The notes beneath the pieces were generated by a model. The model saw only the letters and a list, made by a program, of their open reading frames with translations. It was not told the DNA's origin and did no database searches. A DNA stretch of 64,000 nt from Pecten maximus (Eukaryota): assembly GCF_902652985.1 (NCBI RefSeq), contig NC_047023.1:1674001-1738000 (forward strand), in the 5' to 3' direction. Below are positions 37,884 to 49,197 of the stretch, piece after piece (position 1 is the first letter of the stretch; every line of letters begins with the position of its first letter). The position numbers and the translations under genes were made by a program.

Positions 37884-38242
37884 TATTGGATACTATTAGA
37901 CCACAGGGCCGCATTACAGCTGCAGAGCCATGTGCGTGATACAGGCCCATTGGGCCTCTTGTTATTGGATAATATGAGATCACAGGACCACATCACAGCT
38001 GTAGAGCCAGGTGAGCGATCAAGCCCTTTGGGCCTCTTGTTATTGGATACTATGAGACCACAGGACCACATCACAGCTGTAGAGCCAGGTGAGCTATACA
38101 GGCCCATTGGGCCTCTTCTTATTGGATACTATGAGACCATAGGACCACATCACAGCTGTAGAGCCAGGTGAGCGATCAAGCCCTTTGGGCCTCTTGTTAC
38201 AGGATACTATGAGATCACTGGACCACATCACAGTTGTAGAGC
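37884..38242. repeat. ~78-80-bp tandem repeat with two alternating variants
   Basis: ggcctcttgttattggatactatgagaccacaggaccacatcacagctgtagagccaggtgagc is followed alternately by gatcaagccctttg and tatacaggcccattg. Confidence 0.85.
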
Positions 38243-38389
38243 TTTTATGGGTTTGCGTTTTTAAGTTAAGTGAAGTTAAGTTAAGTTTATTTTCTGATAC
38301 AGGATCAAACAAGATCCTCTTCATCGGTCTCAAAAACATGAAATTTAAATATTTGAAATATAGATAATTATGACATTACATGTATTATT

Positions 38390-39518
38390 AATGTATCTCA
38401 GATCTATTATTGTATAGGAGTTCCTGGTTCTCCCGGTGCTCATCCAGTCTATTTTTAAATGTATTTACATTTGGCGCTAAAACTACATTTTCAGGAAGAT
38501 TGTTCCATATGTTTACAATGCGCATGGCGAAGAAGTTCTTGCGAACATCTATTCTAGTATGTTGTGGAAACAATTTCAACGTGTCACCTCTTATTCCCTG
38601 TCTTTGTGAGTGGTCTTTCCACATCTTGACAAAATCCGTTGCACAATCATCGTAAATACTGTGTGTTATCTTGTATACTCAATCATGTCGCCTCTTTGTC
38701 TTCTGTAGCTAAGAGGTGGCAATTTGAGCTTCTTTAGTCGATCCGGATATGATAACTCGCGAAATCCAGGCATCTGTTTCGTAGCCCTCCTTTGCACTGC
38801 CTCAATCATATCGATATGTTTAAGTTTGAAGGGATGCCATACAGTGTATAACCGTGAAAAATTATGTTCGTTTAGAAATTGAAAAGATCGCCTTATGACT
38901 GCAAACATAGAGTTTGCTTTCTTTACTTGGCTACTAATTTGATCTTCAAATGCCAGACATCTGTCTACTATTACTCCTATGTCCTTTTCCTTTTCCACTT
39001 CTTGTAAAGGTTGGCCCTCTATGTGGTATGATCTTTCTCCACATGGTCGGCCTATGTGCATAGATTTGCACTTTAAGGGTTGAAATTTTAAGAGCCATTC
39101 ATTGCTCAAATTTGAAAGTTTGTTTATATCTTCCTGTAGGATATCAACATCAGCTTTACCACGTATACTTTTGAAAACTTTGGTATCATCTACGAAAAGG
39201 TTTGCATCCGACTGTACTATATCAGGGAAATCGTTTATATATATCACAAACAATGTTGGTCCTAGTACTGATCCTTGGGGCACTCCAGATGTTACGTTTG
39301 TCCATTTTGAGGTTTTCTCCGTTCAGCGATACCCGTTGCTTCCTGTCGGAAATGAAACTGGCCGTCCAATTTGTGATTTCGCCACTTATTCCATACGATG
39401 ACATTTTACTAAGAAGCCTTTTATGGGGAACGGTATCAAATGCTTTTTGGAAGTCCATATAAATACAGTCAATAGCAACTCCATTATCTAGCAGCTGGGT
39501 CCATTCATCTAATACTTT
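38390..39518 (-). mobile_element. CR1-clade LINE, 5'-truncated RT fragment with frameshifts
   Basis: DFQKAFDTVPH, PQGSVLGP.LF.IYIND, F(V)DDTK, EKDIGV, VQRRATK, RRQRGDMIE and RKNFFAMRIVNIWNNLP are CR1 ORF2 C-terminal motifs, spread over three frames. Confidence 0.92.
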
Positions 39519-39613
39519 GTTTTTGTTCAGTCCTACCTCAAATTCATTTAAGACCTTACAATTGTGACCTGGCCACGTAAGTTACTAACCATATACACTG
39601 TAACTTGAATCAC

Positions 39614-39687
39614 AGGCACTCGTCTCGTCTGTCAATACGCCCAGTAGGGTTATATTTTGGGCGTATTGACAGACGAGGCGAGCGCCT
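39614..39687. repeat. short GC-rich hairpin (30-bp arms, 14-nt loop)
   Basis: aggcactcgtctcgtctgtcaatacgccca pairs with tgggcgtattgacagacgaggcgagcgcct. Confidence 0.85.
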
Positions 39688-40141
39688 GAGGATGTGCTTG
39701 AACAGCTGAAGCATAATGACAAAATGCATCAGGCGAAAACCTTCAACTTTGAATATTTTCAGAATACACCGTATCTCGTCGTAAAATCATCTAACATTGT
39801 TGGAATACATTATGAGAAGAACTATATAGTTTGATATATTTTGTCCATCAAAACTCAACAACCACACGTAATATATATACATATTAATCAGCCCTCATAC
39901 AACTGTACATACAAAATAACAATGGAAATCCCTGTTGAAAATGAACTTTTTTATTTTGTCTTTATCGTTTATACAACCTTGACGTAATTAACAACTTTGG
40001 GACACATGCGCTCACGATATGCTTCCCAGTTTTGAAGGAAGGAACTGTTAGCAACGAAACATGTACTCCCATCCAATTAAAAAAAAAAATTATAACAACT
40101 TTGTCTACAACAACATATTTTCAATGTAATAAGGATAGTGT

Positions 40142-40832
40142 CTACAATGGTTCATCCTTCACCACGATTTGTATTTCGCCCTCTAACGATTCCATAGGGT
40201 CGTTAGCCGTATCACCATTACTTGTAGTGTCTGTCGTTTCCGAGAAGTCGACAGACACGTCTCCTGGGGTGTGGAAGAGCATGGTGGGGGAGACAGGAGG
40301 AATTGTTGGAGGCCGAGGACCGATTTTACAATACTGAGTCATATCTACACGGAGAAATGTTAACAGCTGTTGAAGTTTTTCGCCAATATCCGATACAGGT
40401 TTTCTTTTGAAGCGCCAGTAAAATTTCCTGTTCGTGGGATGTTTAACCTGCTCAGCACTTCCAAGTCCAAGTTCCTGACATTTCTGGAAGAAGAGCGCGG
40501 ACGCCCATACTGGATGTCTATTGTTAGTACCTTGGAGTTTGACGGGGGGAGTAATGGACTTTTGTGAAGCGGTTGTGGCCGAAACACCATGCCCGTCATC
40601 GAAACATTCTAGAAGTCGTTTAATTCGTTTTGCATGCACTGATACAAACATCTGTTTGTCCATGACGACGAAATCCGCTGTTTGCGTCTCCTCCTGTCCT
40701 AAGTCCTCTGTGAGCGGCTGGTCGGCCCAATCTTCGGACGTTGACGCCGACACGTTGGAATTTTCAGATAAGTATATGATCTGGTTCGAATGGTGCATTC
40801 TCTGTTGTTGTTGTTGTTGTTGCTGCTGCTGC

Positions 40833-40866
<34 letters not shown>

Positions 40867-41961
40867 GCTGCTGCTGCTGCTGGTGAAGAATGTGCTGTTG
40901 CTGGTTGTGGTTCAGCTGTTGGTGAAGTTTTGGTTGCTGAAGCTGACGCAGAGCATCTTTTACATTAACCCACTTCTTCCCGCTACTTCCGGAATAGTTA
41001 CACATCCCAAAACTAGCACCGGAGCCGAGCATCAACGTGAGTTTCTGGTCCACAAAATACTTACATAGATCTATGGCACGACAGAGAGTATCTCTGTCTA
41101 CTGTCAAATCCCACTGGAACACCTTGTTTTCGGCCTGTTGTTTGGAGAACCTAAAGGCGTTCACAAGTGCCTTTAGAATACCCGCCACGCGTACGATTTG
41201 TCCCAAGGACTTTTCAATGACAATCCGTTTGTTCTTGTCATGGTCTAACTGGGACATCATACTTATCCACTCGTTGTCATGACAACTGGACAGCTCTTTC
41301 CACGCCTCTGTTGAGAACGAATACTTCCTTTGTTGTAAATGGTAAGTGTGCAAGGTTTGAAAGATTGATTTAAACGATGGTGTATCTAACGGCAAAGGGT
41401 GCGAGCTCGCCATCGGTGGATAATCCCGGTCTGGTGAACATGACACTAAACACCTACTTGCTATTTCCACCAACCTACTGCTATGCATGTCCATAATGTA
41501 ATCAGGTGTTGCAAACCCGGTATGATTATAACAGGTTGATTCTAGGATGTGCACGTCCCCAGAGGAAACACTGAACTTTGGCGCACCGTCATAAAGTTCA
41601 AACACTTTCTGTTGTGCCTCCTCAGAATCGATATCTAGACATTTGTGTAAATGTTTTATATTTTCTAGAATGCTTAAAATTTGACCCTCATTTTTGTCAA
41701 GAACATCGTCCAATGATTGCATCCCCATCGCTCCCGCCAGAATCTGGGGAGCAGACGACTGGCTGTTATAACTTGATGAAGTTGGGCGAGAGAGATGCCA
41801 CTGACGGGTCTGTTCACGTTGAATTTCTATCAATGGCGCCATGACCAGCTTTAGAGCCGCCGTCTTCTTGGTACCTGAGCCGGCCCCAACCATGGTCCAT
41901 ACAATCGGCGGCTCTGTCCATGTTTCATTTACTTTGATGCACGTCTTGTTCCCCATCAACG
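40142..41961 (-). CDS. exon 2 of a DUF3987/YfjI-like P-loop protein with a Q27 tract and a basic C-terminal domain
   Basis: Long open frame with acceptor gttgcag|CG. Motifs include W.EPPIVW.MVGA.SGTKKTAAL (Walker-A-like), ELYDG, GFATP, KSLGQIVRVAGIL and AIDLCKYFVDQK. PolyQ spans 40802-40882, and there is a minus-strand AATAAA at 39950-39955. Confidence 0.75.
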
Positions 41962-42618
41962 CTGCAACATAATCAATAACGCATTCATTATAAGTTTTGG
42001 TTTGACATTTATAGTCAATATACTTGCCATCTACTTCAATTATTGACGTTCCCTATTACTTATGAGGCCGAATATACATTTACCAGACTGTATGACGTCA
42101 TCAACAAAACCTCAGCAGGATGATGCTGTTGATAACAACTGACAAATAACTCTTATAATCAAACTACCAGTGTTACGGTAATATAAATATGAAAAGTTGG
42201 AATCTCTTGGCATATATAGTCAATATGAATTACACGACTTTAGAAGTAAATATACAACACTGTGTTTACAGCAATATGGTGCAAATGGTTGTCTGAAAAT
42301 TGTGTTCATCGCCTTTGGAAAAGTCTTATCAAGTCAAAGAATGATTTACTACCAGACAGTAAATATAAGTCAGTGACCAAGACGTAACACAACACTAATA
42401 CTCGGTTAAATTATCATTAATGTCCGCATGCGCAGACTAACACAGTCACTATCGAAGACATAACTTTTATCAAAGATAAAAAAAAACTTTCCTTTCGTAC
42501 AATATACGGAGTATATACCACTATCGGACACTACAAATTATACTCATCTCACAATACACGAAGAATCACTATTTGGTCATACAGAGTATATTCATGATAA
42601 TCTCACAATCTCATTAAG

Positions 42619-42722
42619 ATTAGACTTGTAACTTCCGCTCCTCTGCGATACTCTACAATACACTACAATACAAGTATTGTATATCTAGTATATCGTAGAA
42701 GAGCGGTAATTACAAGTCTAAT
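42619..42722. repeat. imperfect inverted repeat (MITE relic)
   Basis: attagacttgtaacttccgctcctctgcgata pairs with tatcgtagaagagcggtaattacaagtctaat. Confidence 0.6.
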
Positions 42723-42928
42723 TTTGATTACATTGGATCGTCTCACAATACACGAAGCATTACTATCTGAGTGACAATAAACAGGGTATTAATCTTACAC
42801 TATACCTGTTTGAAGTATAACTATCTGATAAGTAAACTCATCTGACATTATGCACAAGTATAGCACTATGCTTTACATACAAGCATAATACCCTACTGAC
42901 AAACAAAGTATCAGCCTTCGATGATTAA

Positions 42929-45330
42929 ACAAGGTGTAATATGACTATATACAAGGTGTAATATGACTATATATAAGGTGTAATATGACTATATACAAGG
43001 TGTAATATGACTATATACAATGTATAATATGACTATATACAAGGTGTAATATGACTATATATAAGGTGTAATATGACTATATACAAGGTGTAATATGACT
43101 ATATATAAGGTGTAATATGACTATATACAAGGTGTAATATGACTATATATAAGGTGTAATATGACTATATACAAGGTGTAATATGACTATATACAAGGTG
43201 TAATATGACTATATACAATGTATAATATGACTATATACAAGGTGTAATATGACTATATACAAGGTGTAATATGACTATATACAAGGTGTAATATGACTAT
43301 ATACAATGTACAATATGACTATATACAAGGTGTTATATGTCTATATACAAGGTGTAATATGACTATATACAAGGTGTAATATGACTATATACACCGTGTA
43401 ATATGACTATATACAAGGTGTAATATGACTATATACAAGGTGTAATATGACTATATATAAGGTGTAATATGACTATATACAAGGTGTAATATGACTATAT
43501 ACAAGGTGTAATATGACTATATACAAGGTGTAATATGACTATATATAAGGTGTAATATGACTATATATAAGGTGTAATATGACTATATACAAGGTGTAAT
43601 ATGACTATATACAATGTATAATATGACTATATACAAGGTGTAATATGACTATATATAAGGTGTAATATGACTATATACAAGGTGTAATATGACTATATAT
43701 AAGGTGTAATATGACTATATACAAGGTGTAATATGACTATATATAAGGTGTAATATGACTATATACAAGGTGTAATATGACTATATACAAGGTGTAATAT
43801 GACTATATACAATGTATAATATGACTATATACAAGGTGTAATATGACTATATACAAGGTGTAATATGACTATATACAAGGTGTAATATGACTATATACAA
43901 TGTACAATATGACTATATACAAGGTGTTATATGTCTATATACAAGGTGTAATATGACTATATACAAGGTGTAATATGACTATATACACCGTGTAATATGA
44001 CTATATACACCGTGTAATATGACTATATACAAGGTGTAATATGACTATATACAAGGTGTAATATGACTATATACAAGGTGTAATATGACTATATACAAGG
44101 TGTAATATGACTATAAACAAGGTGTAATATGTCTATATACAAGGTGTAATATGACTATATACAAGGTGTAATATGACTATATATAAGGTGTAATATGACT
44201 ATATATAAGGTGTAATATGACTATATACAAGGTGTAATATGACTATATACAAGGTGTAATATGACTATATACAAGGTGTAATATGACTATATATAAGGTG
44301 TAATATGACTATATACAAGGTGTAATATGACTATACACATGGTGTAATATGACTATATACAAGGTGTAATATGACTATATACAAGGTGTAATATGACTAT
44401 ATTCACCGTGTAATATGACTATATACACCGTGTAATATGACTATATACAAGGTGTAATATGACTATATACAAGGTGTAATATGACTATATACAAGGTGTA
44501 ATATGACTATATACAAGGTGTAATATGACTATATACAAGGTGTAATATGACTATATACAATGTATAATATGACTATATACATGTATACAAGGTGTAATAT
44601 GACTATATACAATGTATAATATGACTATATATACAAGGTGTAATATGACTATATACAAGGTGTAATATGACTATATACAAGGTGTAATATGACTATATAC
44701 AAGGTGTAATATGACTATATATACAAGGTGTAATATGACTATTTCTACCACAATACGCCGTGTTATTCAACTCTCAGACCATCAGTTAATCATCACAGCT
44801 GTTGATTAACAAAACAATCTGTTTATACCACACGTGGTATAAACTCTGCACGTATTTCGATTGGCTAACACGGTGAACTTTGACCCAAGCTGCAATTGTT
44901 ATTGACGTCATCAATAATCTAATGACGTCACATCACCGGGTCCCGGACGTCACCGGAACACTTTATTTGCATACGCGAAATTATACTTTGCCACGTTTCC
45001 CTTTGATTCAAGCCGATATTATTGTGGTAGAAACAGGTCACACGACTCGAAATTGTTGGATATGGAATTTATTTCACACTCGTAAGTTATTTTTTAAAAG
45101 TTGCAAAAAACACTCGCTAAAGCTCGTGTCTTTTGTAACTTTAAAAAAATAACTTACTCGTGTGAAATAAATTCCATATCCAACAATCACTCGTTGTGTA
45201 ACCTCTATATATACAGGGTGTAATATGACTATATATAAGGTGTAATATGACTATATACAATGTGTAATATGACTATAAGGTGTAATATGAAATATTATAG
45301 GTATATTATGATGTAATATGACTATATGCA
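42929..45330. repeat. 22-bp minisatellite (caaggtgtaatatgactatata)n in the intron of the DUF3987-like gene, interrupted at ~44743-45208
   Basis: Directly visible at 42929-44742, and resumes at ~45209-45330. Confidence 0.96.
44743..45208. mobile_element. non-autonomous element with a long internal hairpin, inserted into the 22-bp array
   Basis: attgttggatatggaatttatttcacactcgtaagttatttttt... pairs with ...aaaaaataacttactcgtgtgaaataaattccatatccaacaat (45053-45187). It also carries gattggcta and two TGACGTCA motifs. Confidence 0.75.
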
Positions 45331-45385
45331 AATTCACATTGTAGTGTTATATGATGGACTAAGATAATATTTTAAACATATTTAC

Positions 45386-45596
45386 CTGCACAACAAGAGA
45401 GGAATGGGAGAAATATGTGGTCATCAGGACAGCCGAGGGCTACAGCGTTGTTGTGGACAAGTCTCTGTATAGGCAGGCCACATATCAGTCCGATATCAGG
45501 TAAAGCCTGCCGCTGTGCTGCCTGGTACAGACTATAGCCTTCGTCGTTGGTGACTTGTGTCGAATGGTTGTCCGATTCTTGCGTGTAGTTGTTCAT
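45386..45596 (-). CDS. exon 1 of the DUF3987-like gene (MNNYTQ...ALGCPDDHIFLPFLSCCA)
   Basis: ATG at 45596. The phase-1 donor GCA G|gtaaat joins exon 2 to give ...SCCAALMGNKT..., for a spliced CDS of 2031 nt (676 aa). Confidence 0.75.
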
Positions 45597-45761
45597 GGTT
45601 CACACCGACTTAATAGTGTCCGTTCAGATTTAACTCGGTCGACTGACATCTAACATAACTTAACAAGTGGACAACATGGCTACCGTTAAACACGGCCGAG
45701 TTACACACACATACGTATTACAACTAGCTCCACTTGCACACACTAGGAAACAAGAGTGTTC

Positions 45762-45769
45762 TATTTATA
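45762..45769 (-). promoter_or_regulatory. candidate TATA box (TATAAATA) of the DUF3987-like gene
   Basis: GGGTTATAAATAG on the minus strand, about 170 bp upstream of the ATG. Confidence 0.4.
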
Positions 45770-46129
45770 ACCCTCATTGTTCAGCAAGCTGTCTATCGAC
45801 AAGCCATCTATAGTCTGTTTCATAAATGTTGTGTGTATAGGATTTTGTTACACTGTACAAACGTTCGGAGGCGATAATATACAAACCAAATGTTCCGGAT
45901 TAAGAAGTACACCCCCGATTTACCGGAAGATGTATTTTAGTTATCAGTAAGCTGCAACCACACTTAAGTTAGTTTGTAATGCGTTAAGAATAATCTTTTT
46001 AATAAGCTGACATTATCTCTCCGAACACGTACTTAAGTAAGTTGACATAAACAATTAACTGCTGAATGCTATATGGCAAGCCAAGTAAGCATTTATTCAG
46101 AGCAATATGTTGATCCAGTATTTAACCAA

Positions 46130-46685
46130 ATTAGTTAAGATATCTCATTTACTTTATCAGATATCTTTTATACTTTTCTATAAAATGTATCTTATGTAAG
46201 ATATCTTTTATATAAGAAATAAATTAAGATATCTCTTAAAGTATATAGGCTATCTTATTTATCATACATATGTATATCTTATAAACAATATTAAATGAAA
46301 TATCTTTTATATTACACAAGATCTTATACAGTAAACAATATTAAATAAAATATCCTTTATATTATATGAGGTATATCTTAAAAACAAAATTAAATAAAAT
46401 ATCTTTTATATTATAATAAGATATCTTATAAACAATATTAAATGAAATATCTATTATATTATATGAGATATCTTAAAAACAAAATTAAATTCAATATCTT
46501 TTATATTATTATAAGATATCTTATAAACATATCAAATGAACTATCTTTTATATTATATGATATATATTATTAACTGTATGTAATGACATATCTTTTATAT
46601 TATATAAGATATCTTATTAACAAAATCAAAGGGACATCTTTAATATTATACAACATATATTTCAAACAAAATTAAGGGGGATATC
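46130..46685. repeat. very AT-rich degenerate ~47-bp repeat (tatcttttatattatataagatatcttataaacaa...)
   Basis: Recurrent aaatatcttttatattat...gatatctta motifs. Confidence 0.7.
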
Positions 46686-47712
46686 ATATGAAGCACGAGA
46701 TTTGAATTTGAGATAATAAACCCTCCCCTGCAACGCCCGGAAGTCAGCGATACATATGCATACACCAGGTAATCCTGTTAGAAATAACAAATAATGAGAA
46801 CGGAATACATGTACACTTTTAAGATGAATTTATAATTAACAGTTTCTGGGTATCAGCTCCCCACCGATTGTGAAACTCAATGGATTAACGATTTGAGGGT
46901 GACTAACTCCCAGTTAATTTATAATTAACATTTTCTGGAAATTAGCTCCATGTTAATTATCAAGCAAATTCAAAATCAGCAATCAAATATCAAGCTACAC
47001 ATGCATTGGAATTTAACAAATCAAAGTTCATATATAAATCACAATAAATGATATGTCCACATTAGTTGAGGCTTATGAAAATAAGCCAGGTTTAAATGAA
47101 CAAACATAGATATATACTACCTGATTAAAAATAGTTATATATATAGAAGTTGATGAAATCAGAAGTTATAGGATTTTTTAAAGATATAATGTAATGAATA
47201 ACTTCTTTTGGATCTAGTATGTACACAATCAAGATACAATCCTAAATATATAGTAACCATCAGTAGAGCTCTCTGATTGGTTAAGAAAATTAGAGGGGAC
47301 GCCATTGTGTTTACAGCCTCAGTAACAGAAAGACGTCTCAAATGTGTCTCAAACAAATCTTCATAATCTGGATCAAATCATAGCAATATAACATCTTAAC
47401 GGTATTATTATGCAGATGGACGATATTCTGAACATGTCATATGTGCTGTGAACGAGGATACTTCTCTAGTGTGTGAATCAAAAAGACTTGCAGTCATAGA
47501 CAACTTTCTAAACAATCCTTTGTTTACGTATGGAATATTGAACGTGAATTGTCAATAAGTCTGTCGGAACTCTAAAAATAGTTAAGGACCCTGGACTGAA
47601 CAGACGGAATTTATTGCCAAAGATATGTGTGTTGTTTCCCTACCATCGCACTTAAATTGAGTTTGCGTTCGGTAGCCCAGGAGGGATTTGAACTGTAGAT
47701 TTAGCTCCTACC

Positions 47713-49182
47713 ATTGCTAGCCGTAGATCCAGATCTACAACCAGAAACAATCCATGGGACTCCTCAAACCCTGCAAATTGGACAGTGCCGCAATTAAGGA
47801 CAGAATTGGAGAAAATAGGGATTATTGCGCTTAATACGGGCATCACCAAGACTGGTTTAAAAAATATGTATTTAGAAAATGCGGGACGCAGCGCGAGAAG
47901 ATCAAACTCCGTCATCACGAGTCAAACAAATTCCCAGCCCGAGGACGTGCACGAAATCGATGGTCCGATCGCTTACCCTATGCAGACCGAACCCACGAAC
48001 AATTACGGGCCCGACCCTGCAAGGACAGACGGCGGACTACATTGCGACGCGGAGGTGCGACCAGCTAACAGCACGCCAACAAGTCCGCCACTATCGCGCA
48101 GTAATACCAGCCCACCGGAAACAGCGGCTCAAACAGAAAACAACATGGCGGCGCCCAGTGCTCAAAATACGGACGTCATTCAAAGTATGCTGGCATCTAT
48201 GCAGAGCATGCAACAGACCGTCATGGGTCTTCAACAAACCGTAATGACACTGATCGGGGCGCGAGACGACCAACGAGGAATACTAGCGAGACATGACGCA
48301 ACAGAATCCGGCTACAACTTATCAACAGCGTACGCCGCGATGAGACGTGACACAGAGGGAACCTCACAAACGGACAGAGTACAAGGTGGGTACACAGCTT
48401 GTGGCATATCATCTGAAAGTATTCCCCATCTTGATATTGTGTCCGACGCTAATAAAAAGAAAATTCTTGAGGGTCGTTACGTTAATTTGGCCTCGCTCCC
48501 CATACCAAAGTACGACACTGAACGGTCAGAAGAACACCAACGTAGGGGCATATACATTAACACGAACGACAGTGAAGACCAGAGACTAAACAAATCACTG
48601 ACCATTTCGGAATTTATTACTGCTTTTGGCAAGTTTAAACGGATAATGTGTGGGAAATTCCCAGAAAGAAGAGGAGAGCTCGAGATCTACGAGGCCCACA
48701 TCATAGAAATATCCAACATATATGGCCAGAAATTCTATGATTATCATTGCCAGTTTGCCCTAAAAGCAGCCACAGCACTGAGGGATAATAACCAGAAAGT
48801 TAATTGGGGCCTGAAAGATAATGGACTCCTGAGCATGGTGGTTGGCAACGCTAAAGTGAACGCATGTCAATTATGTTCGTCCACAACTCACTCCACATCA
48901 TTCTGTCCCCAACAAAAGAATAGGCGGTCAGGGAAAAACTCACAGCAACAATATAACGGCTCACCACAAGGATCGAACTCGAAAGACACGGACAAATATG
49001 GACGTCCAAAAATCAAAATAGATGGAGTTGAAGTTTGCAATAACTTCAATGATGGGAAATGCCACTATGATACAGGATGTCATTTCAAACACATCTGCCA
49101 CACATGTAAAGCTACCAGCCATGGAGCCAAGTCGTGCCGTAAGAACTTAAATGCAAGATCCCGCAGTGACGAGGCCCAATGA
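47713..49182 (+). CDS. gag-like ORF1 with an N-terminal helix-extension-helix (SAP/LEM-like) motif and C-terminal CCHC/CCCH zinc fingers; the probable start codon reads ATT
   Basis: NWTVPQLRTELEKIGI...LKNMYLEN, CQLCSSTTHSTSFC and CNNFNDGKC....CHFKHICHTC....HGAKSC. The in-frame acc-ATT-gct at 47713 sits in a Kozak-like context. Confidence 0.8.
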   Translation: MASRRSRSTTRNNPWDSSNPANWTVPQLRTELEKIGIIALNTGITKTGLKNMYLENAGRSARRSNSVITSQTNSQPEDVHEIDGPIAYPMQTEPTNNYGPDPARTDGGLHCDAEVRPANSTPTSPPLSRSNTSPPETAAQTENNMAAPSAQNTDVIQSMLASMQSMQQTVMGLQQTVMTLIGARDDQRGILARHDATESGYNLSTAYAAMRRDTEGTSQTDRVQGGYTACGISSESIPHLDIVSDANKKKILEGRYVNLASLPIPKYDTERSEEHQRRGIYINTNDSEDQRLNKSLTISEFITAFGKFKRIMCGKFPERRGELEIYEAHIIEISNIYGQKFYDYHCQFALKAATALRDNNQKVNWGLKDNGLLSMVVGNAKVNACQLCSSTTHSTSFCPQQKNRRSGKNSQQQYNGSPQGSNSKDTDKYGRPKIKIDGVEVCNNFNDGKCHYDTGCHFKHICHTCKATSHGAKSCRKNLNARSRSDEAQ

Positions 49183-49197
49183 CTACCCCATCAACCA

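Noticed and set aside
40521-41068. Poly-Cys and poly-Leu ORFs
   Set aside because: Antisense readings of the CAA/CAG polyQ tract.
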